Shown here: in pieces, positions 19,768 through 29,880 of the stretch
How positions within the stretch are numbered: the stretch's first letter is position 1
Layout of the letters: every line of letters begins with the position of its first letter
Source: Pirellulales bacterium
Lineage (GTDB): Bacteria > Planctomycetota > Planctomycetia > Pirellulales > PALSA-1355
NCBI GenBank assembly: GCA_963733035.1
Contig: CAVTBU010000006.1
Location: 960,001-1,024,000 of the forward strand
DNA: 64,000 nt
Reading direction: 5' to 3'
Made by a program: the position numbers and the translations under genes
The notes under the pieces: model-generated
Told to the model about the DNA's origin: nothing
The model's database searches: none
The model's input: the letters and a program-made list of their open reading frames with translations, nothing else

Positions 19768-22173
19768 CTAGCCGCCGCGAACCACGAGAATGTCGAGGTT
19801 TCGGGGGTGGCGGGGATCGATGGGGACTTTGATGGCGAACAGGCCGCCGGGGTGCTCGTCGGTGGGGGGCAACTTGAGTTCGGTCTGGCGGCTGGCGGCA
19901 AACTCGGCAAGCCAATTCGAGGCGCCTTGATCTGGCTGCCAGGCGAAGTCGCGGCCCGACTCGGGATGGAAAGCCGCCATCACGCTGCCGGTGCGATCGG
20001 CCAGCAGCACGCTGCCGGCGGCGGTGTCGCGGGCCCATTCGGTGAGGAGATAGTCGATGTCGATTTCCAGGCTGACGGCGCCAAACAGTTCGCCGCTCGC
20101 CGCGTCGTAAATTGGCACCGCCAAATGTAGAGTTAGCGGTTGTACCTCGGCGTCTTGCGGCACCCTCGCCGAGTTTGGGTTGGGGGCCTTCAATTCCGAA
20201 ATGGCCACGTCGCCCACGTTGAGCGAAGCCACGCTGCTTGCCGGAGAGTCGGCCGCCAGATCGATCCTCCGCGCGGAGCGAACCGCCTCGACGGAAGTTC
20301 GATCGAAGCGATTTCGTTCGACCCGCACAATCTCCTTCGCCTCGTCGCCGAGCGAACTGTAGGCGATCTGGAGGTATTGTGGGTTGGCTCGCAGCAGGCC
20401 CAGGTAAATGGTCTCCAAGCGGTCGCGCCAGGTTGCTTCGTCGTCTTGTTCGCCACTGTCGGGCTGTCGCGCGCGGATGATGCCTTGAATTGGCGGGATG
20501 CGCGACATGAAGCGGACGTTTTGGCGCCCGCTGTCGACCGCCGCTGCCAGATTGACGCTTAATCCCTTGCCGTCGAGGTAGAGCGCTTCCATGCGGGCTT
20601 GCTCGGCGGCGACGCGGCGCTCGTTGGCCGCATAGCCGAGAAACACGAGCGGAATCATGACGGCGGCAAGGACGGTGGCGGCCAAGACCGACAGCCCGCG
20701 GTGCTTGCGCAGCAACCGCGTCAGCTGCCTGGCGCCGGGCTCGCGATAGGCCGACACGGGTTCGCCGGCCATCCACAATTGAATTTCTTCGGCCAGGTCG
20801 GACGCCGACGCATAGCGGGCCGCCGGCGCCGACGCCATGGCCTTGGCGCAGATGGCGTCGAGCGGGGCCGGAACGTCCGGCACGGTATCGCGACAACGCG
20901 GCGTCGGGTTGTCGACGATGGCGGCGTATAGCTCGGCCCCCCGCGCGCTGCGCATGGAACCGGCTTGCGACGCCTCGTGCGGCGCGTAGCCCGTGAGAAT
21001 CGCGAACAGGGTTGCGCCGAGTCCATAGACGTCGGTTCGTTCGTCCATGCACTCGACTCGACCGGCGGCTTGCTCGGGCGACATGTAATGGGGCGTGCCG
21101 AGTACCTGGCCGACCATGGTTTGTTCGACGGTCGACCCGCCCGACAGCGTGCCCGGCGCGCTATCCTGCCAGTCGCCGTCGTCGGTGCGCTTGGCGAGTC
21201 CCCAGTCGAGCACGATCACCTGGCCGAAATTGCCGAGCGCCACGTTTTCGGGCTTCAGATCGCGGTGCAGCACGCCGCGCGAGTGGGCGAAAGCAACCGC
21301 CTGGCAAACCGAGAGAAACGCGCCCAGCAGTCGGTGCAGCTCGACGGCGTCGGCCAGGCCCTCGGCGCGGCGCGTGTGATAGTCGGCGATGGCGTCGGAG
21401 AGCGTTTTCTTGCCGACGAACCGCATCACGTAAAACGGGTGATGGCTGGTCGTGTCTTCGCCGGCCTGATAGACGGGCACGATGTTGGGGTGTTCGAGCT
21501 GGCCGGTGATTTCAGCCTCGCGCCGAAAACGGGCCAGCGCCACTTCGGAGGCGGCGCCGCGCTCGTTGACCTCCTTGATCGCCACCAGCCGCTTGAGCGA
21601 CTGGTCGCGCGCCAGCCAGACGCTGCCCAGGCCGCCGATACCCAGCCGACGCACGATCGCGTATTCGACCATTGCCGTGCGCGGGGCTTCCTGGTCGGCG
21701 GATTCGTTAGCGGTTGCGATGCCCAGCATCCGGCAGATCTGTTCCCACCCGTCGGCGCCAGCCAGAAAGCGCAGCCGCGCGCGCAAGTCGCCGTCGGGCT
21801 GGGCTTCGCACTCGGCCAGCAGTTCGAGCGCGTCCCGCTCCAGCTTCGCTCGATTGTCGGTCGTGATCACGCCTTGACCGACGAGATGCTCAGCCAGCGA
21901 GCGATGACCGTGAATGGTCCAGTTGCCCAAAGCGCGGGCAACTTGTCGCGAGTTCACCTCGCCCGACTGCATCGTCGCCATGGCGAACAGAATATCGCGT
22001 TCCACTTTCCCGGAGCGCTGGAGCGCCGCATCGAAGGCAACCGTGGCGTCGAAACTTGCGCTGCTCGCGTTGCGCGGTGCGCGATGGTCGGGCTGCCGCG
22101 GGAAATCGGACGTGGTTTCGGTGCCTTCCGCCTTGGTTTTGGCGGACGAAGGGGACTGCGATTCTTGCTTCAT
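19768..22173 (-). CDS. Hanks-type Ser/Thr protein kinase with TM helix and C-terminal sensor-like domain
   Basis: GIGGLGSV, VAIKE, HRDLKPEN, DWG and GTPHYMSPEQ motifs; hydrophobic helix after the kinase domain. Confidence 0.95.
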   Translation of the reverse strand: MKQESQSPSSAKTKAEGTETTSDFPRQPDHRAPRNASSASFDATVAFDAALQRSGKVERDILFAMATMQSGEVNSRQVARALGNWTIHGHRSLAEHLVGQGVITTDNRAKLERDALELLAECEAQPDGDLRARLRFLAGADGWEQICRMLGIATANESADQEAPRTAMVEYAIVRRLGIGGLGSVWLARDQSLKRLVAIKEVNERGAASEVALARFRREAEITGQLEHPNIVPVYQAGEDTTSHHPFYVMRFVGKKTLSDAIADYHTRRAEGLADAVELHRLLGAFLSVCQAVAFAHSRGVLHRDLKPENVALGNFGQVIVLDWGLAKRTDDGDWQDSAPGTLSGGSTVEQTMVGQVLGTPHYMSPEQAAGRVECMDERTDVYGLGATLFAILTGYAPHEASQAGSMRSARGAELYAAIVDNPTPRCRDTVPDVPAPLDAICAKAMASAPAARYASASDLAEEIQLWMAGEPVSAYREPGARQLTRLLRKHRGLSVLAATVLAAVMIPLVFLGYAANERRVAAEQARMEALYLDGKGLSVNLAAAVDSGRQNVRFMSRIPPIQGIIRARQPDSGEQDDEATWRDRLETIYLGLLRANPQYLQIAYSSLGDEAKEIVRVERNRFDRTSVEAVRSARRIDLAADSPASSVASLNVGDVAISELKAPNPNSARVPQDAEVQPLTLHLAVPIYDAASGELFGAVSLEIDIDYLLTEWARDTAAGSVLLADRTGSVMAAFHPESGRDFAWQPDQGASNWLAEFAASRQTELKLPPTDEHPGGLFAIKVPIDPRHPRNLDILVVRGG

Positions 22174-22413
22174 GGTGGAGCCAAAGAGCTTAGCGCCCGA
22201 GTTGCCTATAGAAAACAGTAGCACAGGGACGTGGTGGACCGGGGGACGATGGTGTCAGTCATTTTGATCATTCTGGCGATTAAAAGCGAATCGGCCGCGG
22301 TACGGCCGATGGGCGGGGCGAGTTGGCTGCCATAAGCCATTTTAGTGGCATGCGTTAGCGTGCTTACGTCGCGACCGCCCGACGACGCGCTGCGAGCGTC
22401 GCGATGGGGGTGC

Positions 22414-22539
22414 ATTTGGGTCGTTTTTCCAGAAGGATTCCGACTGGCCGGGCTGGCTCAGGTACAGGGCGCGGAGGTGGCAGACGGCATCGGAGCCATC
22501 TTCGCCCCAGCGCATGCCGCTTCCCTTGAGGCGATTGGC
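22414..22539 (-). pseudogene. ISKra4-family transposase C-terminal remnant
   Basis: Manual translation ANRLKGSGMRWGEDGSDAVCHLRALYLSQPGQSESFW matches the characteristic R-x-K-x-x-GMRW C-terminus; no start codon or N-terminal part. Confidence 0.75.
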
Positions 22540-22763
22540 AGCGCCTCACCCCGAATCGGCCGGTCCATCGTGATGCCTCCACGGCACGGAAAACAGGTAA
22601 CGCCTACTCGACAGCTTATCAACCGCCACGATTTTCCACCCACAATTCAGATGCGCCCACCCGTCAATTAGCGCGGTGGTTTTATCGCTTGCCAGTTCTG
22701 TAACCTCCGCCGAGAATAGACGGTCTTGGGCACCCGGGCTTGAAGCAAACTTGGCAAAGCAGC

Positions 22764-23675
22764 GTGTACGTCGAAACGCATTCACTCACCAAGCGGTATG
22801 GAGATTTTACCGCGCTCGATGATTTTAGCTTTGGCGTTGCCCGGGGCGAAGTCGTCGGCCTGCTCGGCCCCAACGGTGCCGGCAAAACCACCTTGCTGCG
22901 ACTACTGATGGGCTTTCTTCAGCCCACGGCGGGCCGCGCCACCATTGATGGACTTGACTGCTATCGTTGTTCGTACGACGTGCACAAGCGCGTCTCGTAT
23001 TTGCCGGGAGAGGCCCGGCTGTTTCGCACGATGTGCGCCCGCGAAGTGATCGACTTTTTCACGGCCATTCGGCGAGATGGCAGCCGGCCGGCGGCCGAAG
23101 CCTTGGCTCGCGACCGTTTTGGGCTCGATCTGACGCGGCCCGTGGCGTCGATGTCGACCGGTATGCGGCAAAAGCTCGCCCTGGCGGTAACCTTGGCCGT
23201 GGCGACGCCGCTGGTTATTCTCGACGAGCCCACCTCAAACCTCGACCCGACCGTGCGCGCCGACGTGGCCGCGCTGGTGGCAGAGGCCAAGGCGTCCGGC
23301 CGCACCGTCATCTTTTCCTCGCACGTCATTTCCGAGGTGGAGCAGGTGTGCGATCGTGCGATCATCCTGCGAGGCGGGAAGCTGGTGCACACCCAGGTCG
23401 TTTCAGAGTTGACGCGCAAACATCGCATTCGAGCACAACTCACCGGCTCGCTGCCACCGGTACCCGAGAGCTTCAACGGCCACGTCAACCTCACGACGAC
23501 TTCCGCCGGCGAGTTGCTGATCGAAACGCCAGGCGAGCTCTCCGGACTATTGGGATGGCTGGCGACGTTGCCGCTCTCCGAAGTGCGCATCGAACCGCTG
23601 GGACTGAACGCCGTGTACGATCAATATCATCCCTTCGAGAATGCGCAGTCGCCCGTAACGCCGCACCAGCAATGA
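22764..23675 (+). CDS. ABC transporter ATP-binding protein
   Basis: Walker A GPNGAGKTT, signature MSTGMRQK, Walker B ILDEPT. Confidence 0.95.
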   Translation: MYVETHSLTKRYGDFTALDDFSFGVARGEVVGLLGPNGAGKTTLLRLLMGFLQPTAGRATIDGLDCYRCSYDVHKRVSYLPGEARLFRTMCAREVIDFFTAIRRDGSRPAAEALARDRFGLDLTRPVASMSTGMRQKLALAVTLAVATPLVILDEPTSNLDPTVRADVAALVAEAKASGRTVIFSSHVISEVEQVCDRAIILRGGKLVHTQVVSELTRKHRIRAQLTGSLPPVPESFNGHVNLTTTSAGELLIETPGELSGLLGWLATLPLSEVRIEPLGLNAVYDQYHPFENAQSPVTPHQQ

Positions 23676-24529
23676 ACCTCGCGCTTTGGAAAAAGACGAT
23701 CAGCGAATCTCGCTGGCTGCTGTTGGGTGGCCTGGCGTTCATGTTCGTGGTGCAGTGGCTGCGGGTGTGGATCGCCAGTTTCTTCTCGACCACCGCCATG
23801 GAAGGCATCTTCAGCTTCATGCCCATGGAAGTCGAGGGACTGCTGCCGGTGTCTTACACGCAGATGGCGAGCACGTCCGGCCGGATCGCCGTCGGCTACG
23901 ATGATCCCATCGTGCTGCTGCTGGTTACGGTGTGGGCGTTTTCGCGCGGATCCGATGCCGTCAGCGGTGAACTCAACCGCGGCACGATGGAAATGGTGCT
24001 CGCCCAGCCCGTCACGCGGCTCGGCGTGCTCAGTTCGCAGGCGATCGTCACGCTTGTCGGCGCGGCCTTGCTGGCGGGCATCGCGCTGTTCGGCACGTTC
24101 GTGGGATTGCTCACGGTGACACTGGACCATCCGACCGAGACGCGCGTCTTCGTGCCCGCGGCGCTGAATCTGTTTGCCGTCACGGTTTTCCTGGCGGGAC
24201 TCAGCACGATGGTTTCTTCGGGCACGAACTACCGCGCGCGTACGATCGGGATCGTGGGTGGCGTGTATGCCGTGTCGATGGTGATGAAGATCGTCGGTCG
24301 CGTCGTACCCAACTGGCAGTGGCTTACGTATTTGTCATTTTTCACTCCGTTCGAACCGCAATTACTCGTCGGCGACCGTTCCAAAGCCTGGGCCTTGTGG
24401 GTGCCGGCCGGCGATTCGTTCGCGCTGGGTGGCGTCGGATATGACAGCGTCCTGATCGGTCTGGGGTTGGCGTTCTACGTCGTCGCCGCCGTTGCCTTCT
24501 GTCGCCGCGACCTGCCGGCTCCGCTCTGA
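23672..24529 (+). CDS. ABC-2 type transporter permease
   Basis: ATGA overlap with the ATPase; GELNRGTMEMVLAQPVTR; about six hydrophobic segments; ends FCRRDLPAPL. Confidence 0.9.
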   Translation: MNLALWKKTISESRWLLLGGLAFMFVVQWLRVWIASFFSTTAMEGIFSFMPMEVEGLLPVSYTQMASTSGRIAVGYDDPIVLLLVTVWAFSRGSDAVSGELNRGTMEMVLAQPVTRLGVLSSQAIVTLVGAALLAGIALFGTFVGLLTVTLDHPTETRVFVPAALNLFAVTVFLAGLSTMVSSGTNYRARTIGIVGGVYAVSMVMKIVGRVVPNWQWLTYLSFFTPFEPQLLVGDRSKAWALWVPAGDSFALGGVGYDSVLIGLGLAFYVVAAVAFCRRDLPAPL

Positions 24530-24715
24530 AATGGGCCTTTTTGGTAGCCCAGGCGCCGGATTTGCAAGCATTTGTCGATGTTATTGCGAATGGTTGTTTG
24601 GCGACCACGCGGCGCTAGTTGCATGGCCTGAATTCGCATGGCGTCGATCGGCCCTTGCCGTCATAATGCTGCCGCTTTTGGCCCGATAGTTCGTTGTGTT
24701 CAGAAAGGAGCAGTC

Positions 24716-26311
24716 ATGCTTCGCCCTGGTATTCGGCGTTGGTCCTGGTGTGCGATTGTGGCCTGTAGCGCGCTGGTGTTTCCTGCCGGCACCGCGGTCG
24801 GCGACGAAGAAGCGGCTCCCGCGGAGAACGGCGTTCAACTGCTGCACCAGGCGATGGAGGTGAAACTCTCGGCCGAGAACCTTACTGATCTCAATCGGGT
24901 AATCAAGCTTTCCCAGGAAGCCATTGATGCCGGACTCCCCGAGGCCGACGTGACGTTTGCCGAGGAGCTGCTGGCCAGCACGCTTTCGCAGCGAGCCGAA
25001 CTGGTTTGCCACGAACTGTTTGAAACTCCCATCACTCCCGGCCGCGGCCAGGCGCTATTGCGGATGGCACTCTCGGATTTGGAGAAGACGACAGCGCTCA
25101 ACTCTGAGCAGCCCGAGGCCCAGTTTCTACTTGGCCGGCTGTACGCCCACCTCGGACAAACCGACAAGGCACTAGCTGCCCTCGATACGGCCGTCCGGCT
25201 GGCAGCGGACGACCCGGCCGCCAAGAGCAAGGCGTTGATGATTCGCGCCAACCTCAAAACCGATCCGAATCAGCGCCAGGCTGATTTTGACGAAGCCGTG
25301 AAGCTGACGCCGACCGAGCCCGACGCACTTCGCTTTCGTGGCATGAACTATCTCACGCAAAACAATCTCGAGTTGGCCATTGCCGATTTCAACGCGGCAA
25401 TCCAACTCGACCCGGACGATGCCGAAACCTACGAAGCCCGCGGCATGGCCGAAGCCGCCAGCGAGAAGCTCGACGAATCGCTGGCCAGCTTCACCAAGGC
25501 CATCGAACTGGAGCCCAATTCGCCCGCCGCCTTGACACACCGCGCTCGGATTCGGGCCATGAAGGGTGACGTACCGGGCGCGCTGGCCGACGTGGAACAG
25601 GCCATGAAGCTGCGGCCCGGTTCGCAGGCCCTGTTGCTGCATGCCAGCCTGCTGGCCGCCAGCGGCAAGTTCGAACAAGCCCTGGGCGAACTGAACGTAC
25701 TCAGGCAAGTGATGCCCGACAGCCCGGACGTGCTGCTGCAAGTCGCGGCCGTGCACCAGGCCTCGCGGCAACCGGAAAAAGCAATTGAAACGTACAGTCA
25801 TCTGCTAGGCGTCGATCCGCAGAACGTCGCGGCGCTGCGGGGTCGGGCCGACGCCTATCTCAATCAAGGTCAACAGGCCGAGGCCATTTCCGACTATGAA
25901 GCAGCTCTCAAGGCCGACGCCCACAATAGCGGCGTGCTCAACAACTTGGCCTGGGTACTAGCCACCTCGCCCAACGACGAACTGCGCGACGGCAAGCGGG
26001 CCGTCGAATTGGCCGACGAGGCCTGCAAAGTGACGGACTACAAGCAGGCCCACATCCTCAGCACGTTGGCGGCCAGCTATGCCGAAACAGGCGACTGGGA
26101 AAAGGCCGTCAATTGGTCGCAGAAAGCCGTCGAGCTAGGAAGCGATCCGATGAAAGCGCAACTCGCCAAGGAACTCGAAAGCTACCAGCAGCAAAAGCCT
26201 TGGCGCGAAGCGGCTCCGCCCGACGCACCAGCCGTCGACGCAACCGCCCAACCCGAGTCCAGTGCCGCTCCCTCGCAAGACGAAACGGCTCGCGCGAAGC
26301 GGGGAACCTGA
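24716..26311 (+). CDS. Secreted tetratricopeptide repeat protein
   Basis: AAAGGAG RBS, signal peptide, many TPR units, NNLAWVLATSP. Confidence 0.9.
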   Translation: MLRPGIRRWSWCAIVACSALVFPAGTAVGDEEAAPAENGVQLLHQAMEVKLSAENLTDLNRVIKLSQEAIDAGLPEADVTFAEELLASTLSQRAELVCHELFETPITPGRGQALLRMALSDLEKTTALNSEQPEAQFLLGRLYAHLGQTDKALAALDTAVRLAADDPAAKSKALMIRANLKTDPNQRQADFDEAVKLTPTEPDALRFRGMNYLTQNNLELAIADFNAAIQLDPDDAETYEARGMAEAASEKLDESLASFTKAIELEPNSPAALTHRARIRAMKGDVPGALADVEQAMKLRPGSQALLLHASLLAASGKFEQALGELNVLRQVMPDSPDVLLQVAAVHQASRQPEKAIETYSHLLGVDPQNVAALRGRADAYLNQGQQAEAISDYEAALKADAHNSGVLNNLAWVLATSPNDELRDGKRAVELADEACKVTDYKQAHILSTLAASYAETGDWEKAVNWSQKAVELGSDPMKAQLAKELESYQQQKPWREAAPPDAPAVDATAQPESSAAPSQDETARAKRGT

Positions 26312-26313
26312 TT

Positions 26314-26883
26314 GTGGACCGTGAGGCGGCCTGGCAACTCGTCTGCCAATACACCTCCAGCGACAGCCTGCGCAAGCACATGCTGGCGGTCGAAGCCGCG
26401 ATGCGGGCTTATGCTCGGCACTACGGTGAAGACGAAGCCACCTGGGGCATCGTGGGGCTACTTCACGATTTTGACTACGAGCGATGGCCCGATCCGCCAG
26501 ATCATCCGCTCCAAGGCGCCGCCATTCTGACCGAACGAGGTTATCCCGAGCACGTGATCTACGCCATCAAGTCACACGCCGACTACCTGCCCGACTGTCC
26601 CCGCGTGTCGCGGCTGGACAAGGCCCTCTATGCGTGCGATGAACTGGCCGGCTTTATCACGGCATGCGCGAAGGTGCGTCCCGAGGGCATCCGGGGCATG
26701 AAAACCAGCAGCGTGAAAAAGAAACTCAAGGCCAAAGCCTTCGCCGCGGCGATCAATCGTGACGACATCACCCGGGGCGCCGCCGATCTGGGCGTTGAGC
26801 TCGACGCACATATTCAGTTTGTCATCGACGCCCTGGCCGACCAGGCTGAATCGCTCGATTTGCTGTCAAACAATGGCAGCTAG
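26314..26883 (+). CDS. HD-domain (HDIG-type) hydrolase
   Basis: SLRKHMLAVEA, GLLHDFDYE, ACDELAGFI. Confidence 0.9.
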   Translation: MDREAAWQLVCQYTSSDSLRKHMLAVEAAMRAYARHYGEDEATWGIVGLLHDFDYERWPDPPDHPLQGAAILTERGYPEHVIYAIKSHADYLPDCPRVSRLDKALYACDELAGFITACAKVRPEGIRGMKTSSVKKKLKAKAFAAAINRDDITRGAADLGVELDAHIQFVIDALADQAESLDLLSNNGS

Positions 26884-26943
26884 AGCCGTCGCTTGTTTAG
26901 CTGGGAGGCATCGCCGACCGCGCATCGGTCCGGTGGCCCCGTA

Positions 26944-27249
26944 CTATTCGGCCACCTTCTTGCCCGCTTCGGCCGATTCCTTGTTGCCGGTGATGACTTC
27001 GATTCTGCCGTCCGCCGCCACGGTAATTTGCTTGCCCTGCTTCATGAGCGAGCCCAAATACTGAATCGTCGCGGGCGTGATCTTGAACTGCGACGGAGCC
27101 CCTATCAACCCGCGCTTCGGCTCGACCTTCTCGAATTTCAACCCGGCAAGTCCGCTCTGAACGATGGCTTGAGTTTCGGAAATGTACATGGCGGCGCTAG
27201 CCAGGCTGGCGGTGCCAAGCACCGTGGCGATACAGAAAATTCGCTTCAT
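26944..27249 (-). CDS. Small hypothetical secreted protein
   Basis: MKRIFCIATVLGTASLASAA signal-like N-terminus; GGGG/AGG upstream. Confidence 0.55.
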   Translation of the reverse strand: MKRIFCIATVLGTASLASAAMYISETQAIVQSGLAGLKFEKVEPKRGLIGAPSQFKITPATIQYLGSLMKQGKQITVAADGRIEVITGNKESAEAGKKVAE

Positions 27250-27400
27250 GGCTAAACCCCTGGAGGCAAGGATTGTCTCGACCACAACGCCAATCTAGCA
27301 CACCGCGAACCGCTTGCGATGACTGCCGCAAAAGGGCACCGGCCACGGCGATGCGGCTTGGCCCGCGCGGCGGAAACCGCGACAGCGTTCGAAAGAAAGG

Positions 27401-27805
27401 CTACAGCGCCCGCTCTTCGGCAACGCGATAGACCCGCCGGATGATCGCCCAGAAAAACGGGAGGTAGGCGATATCACTAAAAATGAGCACCACGAAAAAG
27501 ATCGGCGGCATCTTGCCGAGCAGGACATAGCCGGTGCCCAGCATCGAGCCCAGCAGCTTGCTCAAGAAGCCCAGCAACAGCAGATTGCGGTTCTGGATCG
27601 GGCGAAAGGCGACCATCAGGTAACCCGCGCCGAACAGCGCCACGAGAATGCCGACCAGTTGCACGTACATGATCAAGTTGGGCTTTGGCAGCCCAAAGAA
27701 CTTGAACATCTCATGATAAAAGACCGTCAGATTGATGCCGACCAGCAGGTTGTAGCAGCCGGCAAAGCAAAGCAGCTTGCGCATCCACGGCTTGAGCGGA
27801 TCCAT
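27401..27805 (-). CDS. Four-TM hypothetical membrane protein
   Basis: AGCYNLLVG...VGILVALFGAGY...GFLSKLLG; AAAGGG RBS. Confidence 0.75.
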   Translation of the reverse strand: MDPLKPWMRKLLCFAGCYNLLVGINLTVFYHEMFKFFGLPKPNLIMYVQLVGILVALFGAGYLMVAFRPIQNRNLLLLGFLSKLLGSMLGTGYVLLGKMPPIFFVVLIFSDIAYLPFFWAIIRRVYRVAEERAL

Positions 27806-27846
27806 GAGAATTCCCTTTCTCGATCCAATTTGGCAGCAGCGTCTGC

Positions 27847-29583
27847 CTAGACGCCGGCTTCCTGGGCGGCGTATTTTTCCGTCCAGTTCACCAGGTCGTC
27901 ACGTCCTTTGCGATCGCAGAAGTCGCCCAGCGTTTCGCCGTCTTGGCGGTCCTGCTTGAAGTAAGCCAACAGCGGCACGATCGTACGCACCACCTCGTCG
28001 GCGGGCACCATGTCCTTGAAGTTGAAATTCAGGCGATCACCAAGCAAGCGGCCGCCAACGAAGACCGTGTACTTGCCCGCCGCCTTGCCAACCAGACCGA
28101 TATCGCAGTTGTACGGCCGCGCACAACCGTTCGGGCAGCCTGTCATCCGCAGTGTAAAGGTTTCGTTCGAGAGCCCCAGCTTGGCCAGTTCGACTTCGAG
28201 TTGATCGATCAACCCCGGCAGTGCCCGCTCGCTCTCGGTGATTGCCAAACCACACGTTGGCCAGGCAACGCAGGCCATCGACCAGCGGCGGATGTTCGAA
28301 ATCTCTTCGCTCAACTTGACGCCGTGGTCGCGGAGAATGTTTTCCAGGGTGGCGCGATCGCCCGGATCGACGTCGGTAAACAGAATGCTCTGATGAGCCG
28401 TCAGGCGAATGCCCGGCTTAATCGTTGTACAGATTTTTCGCAGCGCGGTTTTGAGACGGAAGTCATCGACGTCGTGAATGCGGCCATTCTCGACATTCAA
28501 GCCGTAGAACAACTTCCCGTCGCCCTGCTCGTGCCAGCCGATATGATCGTCGAAGCCACATACGTCGTCCGGATGCGGTTCGGTGAGCGGCTGGCCATAG
28601 TACTCCTCGACCTTGGCCTTGAACGCCGGCAACCCCCAGTTGTTGATCAGGTACTTGAGCCGGGCCACTTTGCGATCCGAACGGTTTCCGAAATCGCGCT
28701 GCACCTTGACAATGGCCGTCGCCACGTCGATCGCCTGCTCGGGCCGAATGTACGCCATCCGTTTGGCGACCGCCGGAAACGTCTTTTCGGCGCTAGGTGT
28801 GACGCCCATTCCGCCGCCCACCAGCACATTGTAGCCGCTGATTTTGCCGTCCTCGATGACCGCCATCAGCCCCAAATCGTTCGCGTACAGATCGACGCAA
28901 TTGTCGCCGGCTAGTCCAACGGCGGTCTTGAACTTCCGCGGCAAGTAGGTTGGGCCATAAATCGGTTCCACCTCGTGACCGTCGCTGCCGCCACCGGCCA
29001 GCGTCTCTTCTCCGCTCTGGGGATCGGTAAGCCACAACTCGTGATAGGCCGTCGTCCGTGGACAAAGGTGCGCGGCCAGATCGTCGGCGAGCTGCTGCAA
29101 TTGTTGGCGAATCGAATCGCAGAGCGGCGCGGGGCAACACATAACGTTGCGTTCCACATCGCCGCAAGCGGCCAGCGTCGAAAGCTGAATCTCGTTGATC
29201 CGACAGATCGTCTTCTGAAGATCGCTCTTCACGACACCATGCAGTTGCAGGCCCTGCCGACTCGTGACCCGCAGCGTCGTATTGCCCACCTCGTCGCACA
29301 GATCGATTTCGGCGAGAAGCTGAGCGCTCGTGAGTTTGCCCCCCGGAATCTTGGTGCGAACCATGAACGAGTAATGTTTGCTGCTCTTCGCACCGTCCTT
29401 TCGTCCGGCGGCCCGCGCATCGCGATCGTCTTGCTGGTAGGTACCGTGATGTTTTAGTAGCTGAATGCTGCTCTTGCCGAAATTGTCGTTCCCATCGCGC
29501 AATTCCTGGGCGATCTCGCCGCGCAGGTAATTGCTCTCGCTCTTGAACGTTTCCACAGGGCTGAGTTTCTTTTCGTCGGACAT
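27847..29583 (-). CDS. cysI: Assimilatory sulfite reductase hemoprotein (siroheme/4Fe-4S)
   Basis: HGTYQQDDRD, YLPRKFK, MACVAWPTCGLA and RMTGCPNGCARP motifs. Confidence 0.9.
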   Translation of the reverse strand: MSDEKKLSPVETFKSESNYLRGEIAQELRDGNDNFGKSSIQLLKHHGTYQQDDRDARAAGRKDGAKSSKHYSFMVRTKIPGGKLTSAQLLAEIDLCDEVGNTTLRVTSRQGLQLHGVVKSDLQKTICRINEIQLSTLAACGDVERNVMCCPAPLCDSIRQQLQQLADDLAAHLCPRTTAYHELWLTDPQSGEETLAGGGSDGHEVEPIYGPTYLPRKFKTAVGLAGDNCVDLYANDLGLMAVIEDGKISGYNVLVGGGMGVTPSAEKTFPAVAKRMAYIRPEQAIDVATAIVKVQRDFGNRSDRKVARLKYLINNWGLPAFKAKVEEYYGQPLTEPHPDDVCGFDDHIGWHEQGDGKLFYGLNVENGRIHDVDDFRLKTALRKICTTIKPGIRLTAHQSILFTDVDPGDRATLENILRDHGVKLSEEISNIRRWSMACVAWPTCGLAITESERALPGLIDQLEVELAKLGLSNETFTLRMTGCPNGCARPYNCDIGLVGKAAGKYTVFVGGRLLGDRLNFNFKDMVPADEVVRTIVPLLAYFKQDRQDGETLGDFCDRKGRDDLVNWTEKYAAQEAGV

Positions 29584-29880
29584 GGCGTGATCGGCGGCTG
29601 CGGGAGAGAGGGTAGGTGCGCCCCTGGGGCGCGGCGGTCAACTGCGCTATCTATGCAATCGTCATCATGATAAGCATCATTGTAATATTTATCCGGTTCG
29701 GCGGTCAAAAAGTCAACTGACTATAGCCACCGAGGCTGTTTTGGACCATGTCGTTTCGGCCCGTGTCTGCCCAATGAGAAGCCCCGGATGCGACAGTAAA
29801 CCAGGGGTCCGCAGGGGATTGGTCTCACGGCATCCAGTGGGCTAGAATGCGTCCTCCCGCCGCGTTTCGAAAGCCAAAGG

